A DNA stretch of 64,000 bases from Lama guanicoe (lineage: Eukaryota). Positions 52,510-64,000 of the stretch are shown here, one piece after another; the first letter of the stretch is position 1; each line of letters starts with the position of its first letter. The translations under genes were made by a program, and so were the position numbers. The notes beneath the pieces are model-generated. The model ran no database searches. It saw only the letters and a list, made by a program, of their open reading frames with translations, and was not told the DNA's origin. The stretch covers positions 3,272,084-3,336,083 of the forward strand of contig MU056050.1 of NCBI GenBank assembly GCA_013239625.1. Direction: 5' to 3'.

Positions 52510-52836
52510 AAAACAAAAACAAACAAACAAACAAAAACAAAGCATAAATACAGGACAGAAATAGACTCATGGACAGAGAATACAGACTTGTGGTTACCAG
52601 GGGGGTAGAGGGTGGGAAGGGATAGACTGGGATTTCAAAATTGTAGAATAGATAAACAAGATTACACTGTATAGCACAGGGAAATATACACAAAATGTTA
52701 TGATAAATCACAGAGAAAAAAATGTGACAATGAGTGTGTATATGTCCATGAATGACTGAAAAATTGTGCTGAACACTGGAATTTGACACAACATTGTAAA
52801 ATGATTATAAATTAATAAAAAATGTTAAAAAATAAA

Positions 52837-52854
52837 AATAATCCCTCGCCAAGA
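52837..52854 (+). repeat. 3' copy of the L1 target-site duplication
   Basis: aataatccctcgccaaga directly follows the L1 A-rich tail. Confidence 0.9.
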
Positions 52855-53560
52855 TGCCTGTAATAGCCTCCCTGGCTTCACAGCTTCTAGTCTTGTTTCC
52901 CTCTAATCCACTCTCTGCATAGCCACCAAAGATGTGATAAAACTAACCACATCACCCCTTTCAATATTTTCTTGTCATGTTTAGGGTAAATACCAAAGTC
53001 CTTAATATGCTGTTCAAATTCCTATTTTATCTGCCTCCTTGTCTATTCCTCCGGCCTCCTACTCTCCCTCCAGCAATACTACACTTCTTCCTTTCTCAAA
53101 TGTGGCATCTTCCTCTTCACCTCATGACACCTGTACATACTGTTCCCTCTTCTTCCAATTTTAAAAAAGTGGAGCTAGAATTTGATCATGATCTATTTGA
53201 CTCTAAAGTCTGTTTCTGTCTAGCCTAGGTAAGCCAGACCTTCAAGTACCTACACTCCAACCACACCAATGATATTCATTATTTGAATATTGTCAAATTC
53301 CTATTTTTGTGCTCAAGTGATTCTTTTGCATAGCAAGTTCAACCTCTCTATATATGCCTGTTGAAAAGTTATAATCCTTTTTCAAGGCTCAGTTCAAATC
53401 ATCTCTTTTCTAAAGTCTTGTTTTAACCAGTTAATCTGACCCTCCTCCATATTTCCGCATTCTTCTATTGAGAGTTATTTCACTCATTACTAAATACTTG
53501 TTATTAAATGTCTTGTAGTAAATGGTTGGTTTGTCTTTTTCTTCTACCAGACAGTTATAG
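52855..53560 (+). mobile_element. L2 fragment, right half continuing after the L1 TSD
   Basis: ctgtaatagcctccctggctt...cttctagtcttg...taatccactctc...tagccacca...aaataccaaagtcctta...ttcaaggctcagttcaaat. Confidence 0.65.
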
Positions 53561-53729
53561 AATGAAGGTTTCAAAACATTTCCTAGATATCACACAGGTA
53601 GAAAAAGAGTCATTTTAGAAAGACTTTCAACAACTAAATGTTGAAATAAAAAAAATATATAGTTAACTCTGAATCAACCAAAAATACGGATTTACTTGAA
53701 TTCCTCATTTTCTAAGCATCATGTTAACT

Positions 53730-55100
53730 GATATATATGACAAGTTCTGCAACTTGTCTCTCTTACTTTTCAATACTATATCATGGACTTTTTCCCAGGT
53801 CAAAATATATAGATCTACTTTATTCTTTTTAATACCTGCAAGGAATTCCATTGATTGAGGATATCATAATTTATTTAACCAGACTTGCATATTTAGTTTG
53901 TTTTGAAGTATTTACTATTACAAGCAAACTTCAACAACCATCCTTCTGCAGACATCTTTCTACACTCTTGCTATTTTTATGTAAGATAAATTCCTGAAAG
54001 CCTGATTGTTGGGTTTCAGCATATATGCTTTTTAAGTTTTCTTAGATTCTGCCAAGTTATGCTACAAAAGATTATTCTAATTCACATTCCTACCAACAGT
54101 GTGCCGAAGTGCCAGCTTCTTTAAGTCCTTGCCAACAGTGGATGTGATCACTCATCTTTTTGTTTCTTTTGCCAAATAAGAAGGTAAAAACATTATTTCA
54201 TTTTTATTTGCATTTATTTATATGTATTTATATTGATAGTATTTTTATTTGAGTGTCTTTTCATATATTTATTGGCAATATGTAATTCTTTCATTTATAT
54301 ATAGAATGTGCTATCCTATTGCATTTTATATATACCAAATAGTATCTCTCAGCCTATTGCTTCCTCCTTATTGTTGCTTATGAGTGTTCAATTTTTTATA
54401 TTGTCAAATATGTCAGGTTTTTTCCTTTATAGGTTCTGGGTTCCATGCTTCACTTAGGAAGACCTTCTATAAGGATTATTTTTAAAAATCTCTTAAATTT
54501 TTTCCCTTTAACAGTCCCCCCTTATTAATTACTGAATTATGCTATTAACTCAGGCTTTGTCTAACTCCATCAGGAGAGATCAAGTCCTTTCTACTCACCA
54601 AGGGCTACTGCTGTTTCTCTGTCTTTCTCAGTCCATTTACACTATATGAGATGTTTTAAAAATTACCCAAAACGTCCTCAATATAATGATTCAAACAATA
54701 CAAATGTTCACAAAGACAAAATAAATTAATAATTCCTTCTCTGCCTCCTCCAATCCCATCACAAGACAACTGATATTTATTGTAGAGTGACTCTTTCTTT
54801 ACCTGTCTTTAGGCCCATAAACATATACACAAATATATAGACACATATAAAGAGACCTTCCTCTTATTTTTATGAAAATGGAATATTTTATGCCTTATAT
54901 TACACTTTTTTATTTTACCTAATGACATAACATGGATGTTCTTCTCTGATAGGGTATGCAGCTAACTCATTCTTTCCATAGCTAGGAATATTCGATGTTA
55001 TGAATGTGTTGTTAATTATTTAACTAATGTCCTATTTGACGTTCAGGTTGTTTCTTTTTGTTCTTATTGTTAACCCTACAAACAATCTTGCATTCAACAT
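53730..55100 (-). mobile_element. Ancient L1ME-like 3' fragments
   Basis: atagatctactttattctttttaata, ttcacattcctaccaacagtgt, ccttgccaacagtgg, cttaggaagaccttc. Confidence 0.7.
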
Positions 55101-55215
55101 CCTGCTCCCTTATCTTCCTGACCTCATGAGATCCTCCGAGTGCTGCTGTTTCTCCCTTCTTCTTACCCCAACTTCTATGTTTTGCTGAGATGGTTTAGTA
55201 CTTTTAGTTATAGGT

Positions 55216-55512
55216 CTGCACTGTCCAATATGGTAGCCACTAACCACTTGTGACTACTGAGCACCTGAAATGTGGCTAGTTTGAACTGAGATGCACTACA
55301 AGCATACAATATATATGTGGGATTTCTAAGCTTTAGCATAAAAAAAATAAAATTTCTCGTTAATAATCTTTACACTGATTACATGTTGAAACAGTATTTT
55401 AGATAGAGTTAAATAAAATATATTAATTAATTTTATCTATTTCTTTTTTACTTTTAAAAATATGTTTACTAAAAAGTTTTAAATTAGATTTTATATTTCT
55501 ATTGGGCAGTCT
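55216..55512. mobile_element. MER33-like hAT-Charlie MITE
   Basis: cactgtccaatatggtagccactaaccacttgtgactactgagcacctgaaatgtggctagt ... tatttctattgggcag, with terminal inverted-repeat remnants. Confidence 0.8.
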
Positions 55513-55699
55513 GTTCCAAAATGTTATTACATTTCCCTTATAAAATATTCTTTCTATTTAAAGAATACTAATTTGGAACTCTATCCTAAGCACTATGCCT
55601 TTCCATTTAGATTTAAATATTTTTTCATAGAGGTAGGTTCATTTGTCATCTTTGTTTCTTCTCTTATTTATCTTCTCTCATCTTGAGCTCTCTGTTCTG

Positions 55700-57040
55700 A
55701 TTCATTTATTATTTGGTTTGACTTTTTTTCTCATTCTTTTCAATCGTGTATGAGAGTGATATACTTTCTGTATCCTTCCATGTCCTCAAACATCTTTCTT
55801 TGTCTCAAATAGATGAATGATATCCTGACTTGGTAATAAGACGTTTGGATTGCAGTCCTTTTTCCTTGGAAATTTCTAGATTCTATTCCATTATCTTCTA
55901 GCTTCCATGACGTAGATGAGAGAACCAATACCTGTTTTAATTTTTTCCTTTGTAGATAACTTGCTCTTTCTGACAGGAAGCCTGGAAGACTCTCTCATTA
56001 ATCTTGGAGTTCAGGAAGTTAATCAGTGTATGTTCAAGTGTAGAACAAAGAGCCCCTTTTCTATACATCTTTTTGTAGAATCAATTTTTGACTTTAAAAT
56101 TATTTAAATATAATTAGTTTTATATGACTACTTTCATGTGATAAATGTATTCTTTTCTTTTTCTGTTCCCCTGAGTTGGGTGTTTTTCCCCAGTATGTCC
56201 TTAAATTCATTTAATGCTATAAAATTTCCTTTGTGTTGTTTTTAGCCACATCCTTAGGCTTTTTAATGAAGTAATCTCAATTTTGTTTCTTTTAAAATAC
56301 TTTTAAATTTCTGTTAAGACTTCCTTTTTGACCCCAAAATTATTTACAAAAGAGTATTTGGTTCCAAGAGGGTTTTTTTTTTCTGTTTACTTTTTGTCAT
56401 ATTTTTTGTTCATTTCTAAGCTTTATAAAATTCTCATCAGAGAATGTCACTTGTCAGTTCTCTACTTGGGAACTGATTAAAAGGGTTTTTCTTGTGATAA
56501 AGTACATGATCAATTTTTATAAATGGTGCAGGGCATAAGATATAAATGTATATTCTTTTCCATTAGAGTATATAATTCTATGTATTGTCAAAATATTAAG
56601 TCAAGTTTATTAATTATATTACTCAAATCCATTGTGCTGTTACTTTTTTGCTTACTTACTTTTCAGCTTCTGAGACAGCTGTATCCCACAAATGTCATTG
56701 TAGTTTTATCAAATGCTTCATGTATTATTCCAAATAGTTACATATAATAAATATTTGTTGAATAAATGTAGGTTCTATTTTAATGCTTTTGGTCTTAAAT
56801 GTCACTTTATTCCATATTGGCATCTCTACTCTACTCACTATTTATTGAAAAGTTTTCTTGCACCTCTTTGTCCATTCTGAAACATTTTCACTATTTTGTT
56901 TACTGTTTCTCCCTTACTTGTGTACTTAGTTAAAATTTGTAAATCTGTGTGTTTTATTCCTTGAATAAAAGATGTCTACCCATTTATATTATTGTGACAA
57001 ATCTAATGTCTTAATCAAGGTAATAATTTATGTTTATTAT
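55700..57040 (-). mobile_element. Ancient L1M/HAL1 relics (ORF1 end and ORF2 pieces)
   Basis: The minus-strand peptide at 55740-55928 (SSTSWKLEDNG...YQVRISF...KMFEDM) resembles a degraded ORF1 C-terminus; T-rich + strand with aatgctataaaatttcct. Confidence 0.55.
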
Positions 57041-57043
57041 ACT

Positions 57044-57547
57044 TGTGGTTGGCAGAATAAAGGCTCCCCTGAAGATGTCCATACCCTAATCTCCAGAATC
57101 TGTGAATATGTTAGGATTCATGGAAAAGGGGAATTAAGGTTGCTAATTGACTGACCTTAACATAGGGAGAATATCCTGGATTCCCTGAGTGTGCCTGATG
57201 TAATCCCAAGGACCTTAAAAGAAGAGGAGTAAGGCACAGGAAGAGGCAGAGGGAGATATAATGTTGGAATAAGGGTCAAAGAGATGTAACATTACGGGCT
57301 TTAAAGATGGAGGAAGGTACTATGAGCCAAAGAATGTGGACAGCCTCTAGGAACTGGAAAAGGCAAGGAAACAGAATCTCTCCTAGAAGCCTCAGAAAGA
57401 AACATGGCATTGCTGACACCTTGATTTTAGCCCAGTGAGACTCATTTCAAACTTCTAACTTCCAGAACTGTAACATAACAATTTTTTGTTGTTTAAAGCC
57501 AGTAAATTTGTGGTAATTTATTATAGCAGCAACAGAAAACTAATACA
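57044..57547 (+). mobile_element. MLT1D-like solo LTR
   Basis: TG...CA termini: tgtggttggcagaataa...gatgtccataccctaatc...tgctgacaccttgattttagcccagtgagac...gcagcaacagaaaactaataca. Confidence 0.9.
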
Positions 57548-59654
57548 ATATGTAAAATGTAGATAACAGTACATTTCCAAATTACTCTGGGCAGAGGGGA
57601 GGGGTAGATGGATAATGAGGAAAAGTCAATTCAAGAATTAAATAAGGATATTAATATTCTTCTTTCTTATTTGTTCTTCTTTCCATTTCCTTGTTTAATT
57701 TTTAAATTGGCTTTTTCTTCCTTATCTTCCTCTTCATGGTAATTTGCAACTTTACTGGTATCTTGATTTTACAGCATATTTCAATCTAAATTAGCAAAAG
57801 CTTTTAGTTATAGTGGCCCATTCCTCAAGCACTCATACTAATTTAAGGCTTACTATCCTTTTAATTTATAACCGACAGTTAACATGAGGGTTAGCCTTAG
57901 AGAGCAAGTGGCAGAAGTAGGTGAAATTTTACCTAATTTTAGTTTTCCCTCCCCATTTTTACTGTCCCTTTCCTTAGCCCCAACCAAGTACGGACTGTCC
58001 AAAGCTCTTTACCAAAACCCTACATCCCAGGCATGATCTTCCTGGTGAATATTTTATATGGGGACCAGCTATTCTCTCTCTTCCCTTAAGAGCTAGCTGC
58101 TCTGTGTCTTGTCCCCCCAGGGACCTGCTCTATGCTCTGTGACACTCTGGCATGCAAACCAATGAACGATTAATGAAGCCAATATTATTCATATGTGAGA
58201 CAATGGCTTAACCATTTTTTCTAAGTAGTTTTGCTTTCCAGAAGGGAACAACAGCTTTACTCAGAGAAATGACTCTCCAAGGCTGGGAATCCCAAGCGTT
58301 GTGGCAGGCTACAAAGGGAGGCATTTGTGGCTGGGACGAGGGATGGGGACTCCACATCATACTTCACCAGGCACTAGGTAAGAGGGCTCCTGGCTGTGCG
58401 AAATCAAACAAGTAACAACAGAGTATGAACGACCAGCAAGTTGTAGAGGGATTGTGCCTCAGGGCAGCTCTAGGGCAACTACACGGACAGGTAATTGGGC
58501 CTGGGAGCTGACAAAACAACTTGTACCCACAACATTAAACACAACTGTAATTCACTCTGAGACTAGCAGAGATTCCATTGTTTACCACTATAAAGTAAGT
58601 GCTATAAAACTTATAAATATGGAGAATTTAACATAATGCTGCAATAGGGTGCTTTATATCACAGAATACTAATAAAAACTTTTATATTATAGAAATATAT
58701 TTTAATAATGTGCTTAAGACTAATTATACTTTGAATGATTTCATGAAAGAGATCTTTTCCTACACGCCTTTCAGTATTATCGCTGGATTTCTCTTCTCAC
58801 CAATATTGGCTTTAATCTATTATTTGAATTGTAAAGGTGAATAATAGATTTAACTAAAACATGGACTTCTAAACAGGTCTGCAAGCTTCCACACTGTGAG
58901 AATTTAACTATCATTATGAATTGTTAATTACGCTGTTTATATTTTATGTGCATGCTTAAGACAGTATGTTTAGCTAGCATGTTTCATGTTTTTTTTTCCT
59001 GTATAAAGACTCACTGGATCATATTGTCAAATGGAAAAATAAAGGAGTTAGTGAGCAGTTTTGATTACCATTTACATGGTTGCTAAACCATAAAAAATAA
59101 ACAAAGCAAAAAATATATGAAGGAAGAAAACTCACTGAAATATAGCAAAGGCTGTCAAATAGTTAAAAGCTGAAAAGAAAAAATATAAAGCCTTTAACTG
59201 AATTTTGAGCACTGGATCATATTTTGGAATTGGAAGGGGCTTTTCAGATCATGTGATCTTGTGAATCACATGTTCAAATACATGCATGGTTCAGATAAGT
59301 AATATAGGTGAGGGAAGTGGGTGGCTTATGGCCATATGGATTGGTTGAGAGCCAGAGAATATACTCTGTCTGAAAGAGGTGTTAGCGCTCAGCTTCAGCT
59401 GGTGCTGACAAGTGGTAATGCAGGCTCAGGGGCAGCCAGAATTTTCAATACTGAAAGACAAGTTGGAAATCAATCATTTAAAATGAAATTTCTTACTTTT
59501 AAATGCTGATAACTAATTCAATTTTTTAAATGTTAACTATCTGCAAGACATAGGGTACATAATATGCCAGTTTTAAATTTCTGATCAAGTCCAATATTCT
59601 TCTTTTGCAGAAAGGAATACAAAAACATTGATGAAGTCATGTAAGTGCTGGCCA

Positions 59655-59875
59655 CATGTAGTAGAAAGAAAGTGGGATTTGAATTCAGGTAGATCTGAGT
59701 TTCAATTCTATTACATAGACACTATGTAACCTTAGGCAAATTTCTTCTGAGCCTAGTTTCTCTCTCCTTAAAATAAAGATAATAAAATCTATTACATAAG
59801 ATACTTATGAAGACTCTATAAACATAACATATGGGAAGTGCCTACAGTGGATCTTGACACATAGAAAACATCTAC
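59655..59875 (+). mobile_element. MIR SINE
   Basis: gatctgagtttcaattc...tgtaaccttaggcaaat...ctgagcctagtttc...taaaataaagataataa. Confidence 0.75.
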
Positions 59876-60329
59876 GTTTTTAGCCTTATTCATCACTCTA
59901 TGTCCCTATCCTGCTTGATTTTTTTTCCAATAAATATAGGTTGCATAGATTAATGATTTCAATAAATGATAATGCCTTGACTCCTCTTTAATGAATGAAC
60001 AAATGAAAGTACATATATGTGTATGTTGCTCAAATTTATAATGCAAGTTAATACTGTACCCTGACCTTAAATTCCTATCAACTTCCTTCTTTAGGATTAT
60101 TTTTATAGCATTAATGAAATCTGCCAAAATTATGCAATGTCCAACATGGACATAATCCTCTCTCAGGTTTATAGAGAATGCAACCTTTGAAGGAAGAAGC
60201 TTTTCAGAAACAGTCTGTTTCTCACAGTTCTACTGAATTTGATGATTAAAGGCACTTACAGTGCTCTATTGATTCATCTAGGCTTTTTATTCACAAAAAC
60301 TCTACTCGCTGGCTTTATGAATCATAATA

Positions 60330-60545
60330 ACAATTTTACATATATCTAGCTTATTGTACTTAAAAATACTGTCAAATGAACACTCATGACTATAAATTTC
60401 AGATGAATCTCACACCAACCCTGTGAAGCAGATGAGGCTGAAACTATTGTCCTCATTTTACAAAGATCAGAGACATCCGGTGACAAGTGACTTACCTAAA
60501 ATCAGAGTACAAATAACTAAATGATCTAGCAACAGACTACAGTTC
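60330..60545 (-). mobile_element. MIR SINE
   Basis: ctcacaccaaccctgtgaagcag...cctcattttacaaag...aagtgacttaccta. Confidence 0.65.
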
Positions 60546-60902
60546 TAACATGGCATTTTATAGCCACAGGACCTAGCCAGGACTTTCCCACTATAACCAT
60601 CACTAGTGTGTCCTACAATCTGGATTCTTCCTGCCCCTCACCTTACAAAAAACTCATGTGTTGTAGGTCCTATTTCCAATCCCAAATATGACTTATACCT
60701 CTACTTAATATTAATTTAACAAACTTTACTGACCACAGCCCAACGAGTGACATAAAAATGAACAAAACCAGGATCTGCCCTCAAGAGCTTTCAGTCATCG
60801 ATGTAATGTAAGTTTTCAGTCTAGTTAAATATTTTCCTTGAAAAAAGTGTTATGCCTCAAGGGACTAGAAGGAGAGACATGGGAAAGATGCTGGTGCTGA
60901 TC

Positions 60903-61050
60903 TAATATTCTCAACTCCAGCTACCTATTAGAATAGGGAGAGCTCTGAAAAATACCAAAGCTTGAATTAATCTACAGTGGAGTCTGGGCAGTGGACTTTT
61001 CGAAAGTGCCTCTAGAAATCCTAATGTACAGCCAGGGTTGAGAACCACTG
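60903..61050. mobile_element. MER5B-like MITE
   Basis: ttctcaactcc...attagaat...ctaatgtacagccagggttgagaaccactg. Confidence 0.7.
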
Positions 61051-62039
61051 GTCTAAAGGGAAGAAATCACACTGTAGGGAAAGGACTGAGGAAGGCAAAG
61101 GTCAAGTAAGTAAAGATACACTTGATTTCTTTTGCCCTTATAGTGTCATTTAATTAATCACTTCTTGATAGCAACTATCTTTAAAAGGTTTTCACTGGAG
61201 AAGTAGCTTTCCTGAGTCTTCATTTCCATTTTTTTTAAGCAAAATATTTCCTTCTCTTAAACCTAGCAATCAATTATCCTTTGACGATGACATAAATCTA
61301 ACCAAGTTTACACTTACAAACTTTGACAGGGAAATAATCAAGTGTATGAACCAAAACTGAAATAACTAATTGTATGAATGTTTCTGTATAATTCCAATGA
61401 GAGTTCGTTTACATCCCAAGTTCTCTGCATTGCCCATCTTCTTATTCCACTTTGTCTTTATTTGGGATGACACTGGTTTCCCTTTCTATTTTCAGCTACA
61501 TTCTGGGTTTTGGGTCATCCACCTAAATTATTGTGGTCTGTTTATATTTTCCTCTTAAAACATACTGCTTCTCCTAAAAAAAAAAAAACCTTTGTTTTTC
61601 ATATGCTCCACTTTTCCTACAATTAAGAGTTGCCAAAGCTATTTCATCAGCCTTAGATGAAGAAAATTTGAGAAGTAGCTCTAATAAAAAGGAATGATAA
61701 TTCCTAAAAGGAAATCTATAGAAACCAAATCAAAATTAAGAACTGTAGATTTCCTCCACTGATGTAAATGCATGGTCCCTCTAACAATGGAATCTAGGAC
61801 TTTGTTGGAATGGCCTGCATGACTTCTTTGAAAGGTGAGACTGAAGTCAAATATGTGCTTCTCCTATAGCTATGCTAATATTTGTACATCTTTCTCTCCC
61901 CTCTCTGATATGTCCTGCATATCAGTATCATATTCACCTTCTTATATGTTCCCTTAATGATCATATTATACTCCTATCTTACAAATATCTATTGTCTCCC
62001 ATTTCTCAATATATTTAATTCAAAATATTTGCCCTGGTA

Positions 62040-62530
62040 ATCAAGGTCCTTTGATAATCTGGGCCTCCCTAACTTACTTTCTATTGATTTCAAACATGTC
62101 TTCCATGCCAGTCAAGCTAGTCTCCTTATTGTACTATAAAAATGCCAGGTTTCTTCTTTGCTTTCCTTTGAAATGTTCTCCATGTAAACAGGTTTCCCTT
62201 TTTCACTCTGTTTCTTTAAATTCGACCTGTCTTTTCAGTTATAGGACAAGTTCCAATTCCCTCATGAGGACTTCCCCAATCTATTGCTTTAACTGATCTC
62301 TCCCTTTGCTAACATCTTAAAATACTCACCATGCCCCAGCCCCCAACATGGCATTTGATTCAATATAGCCTTGTCACTTACTTTAAGTATGTCGATCCTG
62401 TGTGTCAAACTAGACTGCAAAGTACTTGAGGGGACTGTCTATGCCTCTTCTTTTATCCCCTGCCTTGTTTCTAGCTTTGGTGCTAGGCACATGGTCAAGA
62501 CATAATAAATATTTGCTGACTGCTAACTGA
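62040..62530 (+). mobile_element. L2 3' end
   Basis: aactagactgcaaagtacttgagggg...gtgctaggcacatggt...aataaatatttgctgactg. Confidence 0.7.
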
Positions 62531-63164
62531 TCGCTAGTGTTGTCTAGTAGCCTGGGCCTATAAACACTGCCAGTTCTGTCAACAGAGGCTGTGTAGCTTC
62601 TTCCAGAGATTATGTCTGCATAAAAAGAAGCCTCTGGTATAAATTGCGATAACTGCCACTAGAGAATTCACCTGCAGGAAAGGGACCTTGGGCATATTAC
62701 CTAGTGCTCTAGGAGGCCCTGATGCCAGGTTTTCCACTGTCATAATACAGCTATTCCATGTGCTAATGTGAGGGTGTGAGTTTCTTAAATAATTCACTGT
62801 AGGTCTGTATCTGCTTAGTTTTCTGACGTGGCTTTGGCATTCTAATTTCCAATAGGTAATGCCCTAGAATTACCATGGATTACAAATAGGTGAGAAAGTT
62901 GGACACACTCTAGAAGTCAAGAATTTAGCATTTTAAAGAAACACTTGATTTCCTGTGAAAACTCTACTTTCAAATTTAAATGTTCCATTTCATTATGCAT
63001 GAGCAAAAGACATCCAAGGTTTCACTGACAAATCCATTCAGAAGGTAAAGAATTTAACTCCAAGATCTAGAGCCACTCTTTTCCTGCACTCCTTTCCTCA
63101 CTTAACTCACTAGTCATCTACACTGTGTCCCCTCATTCCCAGACCCTGCCCTATTCTCCAAGGT

Positions 63165-63291
63165 CCTCTCTGCTTCTCTCTCTCTCTCTGTTTCTGTCTG
63201 CCTCTCTCCCTCTCCATCTTTCTCTGTCTCTCTCCGTCTCTGATGTTCTCTCTCTGCCCCCTCAACACACACACACACCCCCCACCACACA
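63165..63291 (+). repeat. (CT)-rich then (CA)-rich low-complexity tract
   Basis: Visible imperfect dinucleotide runs. Confidence 0.85.
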
Positions 63292-64000
63292 CTTATCCTA
63301 TCTCCCCAGGTAGACCACAACCCATGGTCGTACACTTGACACTTTAAGAATGTATTTCCCTAAAGCTTGTACTTTCTTGTTCCCTTAATTCTTCCATTTG
63401 TTTTACATTGACAGAGAGTAAAAAGTTCAACAGTAGCAGTTATTATTATTGTCCAATGACTCTATCAGAAGACAAGCCTGTTTTCTGCACTGTGCATTCA
63501 TCACCTTTACTTATTCCTGAAGCCGCAGGAGGAAAGCTCACCATTCACTCCTCTGAAGCTCTCACTAAAGATGTGTACCTCCTTCCAACTGTGATCACAC
63601 ATTCATTTTATGCCTACACTTACGTACCCGCCTGGTACTCATGTCACACTTCTTCACCCTTCAAAAGGCACCTATGTCTTTTGTTTGTGTGCATTTTGTC
63701 TCCCCAAGTCCATCTTAAGTTCTAGGTCACTTGATTCCTTGAGTGTTAGAATAGTATGCTTGCTTCTTTTGGTGGATGAGACCACCGTAAGTGTCCTACA
63801 CACTGTGGGGGCTCCATAAATGTTGTCATATTGAGAGTCAAATGCATGCCTGAAAGTATCCTTTTAAAGCTAACTCTCAAATATCTACAAAATGCCCAAG
63901 GGAGCCCAACAGAGGAATAGGTAAGATTGAGCAGAAGAGCTTATTAAAAATGATCTGGGCCTGCAATACAATTTCTTTTGGACTGGATTTTTCCTTAGGC

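Larger units (their letters stand above)
45641..52836 (+). mobile_element. Full-length LINE-1 with both ORFs open, antisense within a TENM1 intron
   Basis: GC/CpG-rich 5'UTR starting gaagaggcaagatggcgg, ORF1, spacer, ORF2, 3'UTR with a G-rich tract, AATAAA at 52814-52819 and a short A tail. Flanked by the direct repeat AATAATCCCT(G/C)GCCAAGA at 45623-45640 and 52837-52854. Confidence 0.97.

Noticed and set aside
47513..52789. Minus-strand ORFs of 65-202 aa opposite L1 ORF1/ORF2
   Set aside because: Typical antisense shadows of A-rich L1 coding sequence; F/L/I/S-rich with no recognisable domain.
63110..63335. ORFs over the CT/CA tract
   Set aside because: Low-complexity translation artefacts.

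Overview
AT-rich, repeat-rich placental-mammal DNA lying inside the teneurin-1 gene (TENM1, minus strand; X-linked in eutherians). Two consecutive coding exons of the intracellular domain are present: 29357-29617 (261 nt) and 27650-27706 (57 nt), both phase 1-1 with GT-AG boundaries. The rest is intron. The dominant feature is a full-length ~7.2 kb LINE-1 (45641-52836, + strand, antisense to TENM1). It has open ORF1 and ORF2, a CpG-rich ~1.8 kb 5'UTR, a ~400 nt inter-ORF spacer and an 18-bp target-site duplication, and it is inserted into an old L2. The L1 3'UTR and the lack of young SINEs suggest a camelid or other cetartiodactyl (inference from memory). The most interesting observation is a 205-codon antisense ORF in the L1 5'UTR with two phase-1 splice-donor candidates that would join in frame to the next TENM1 exon, resembling primate L1 ORF0 fusions. 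The remainder is ancient L1M, L2, MIR, MaLR/ERVL LTR and hAT relics plus microsatellites. Their family names and boundaries were judged by eye and are approximate. No prokaryotic-type systems were seen.
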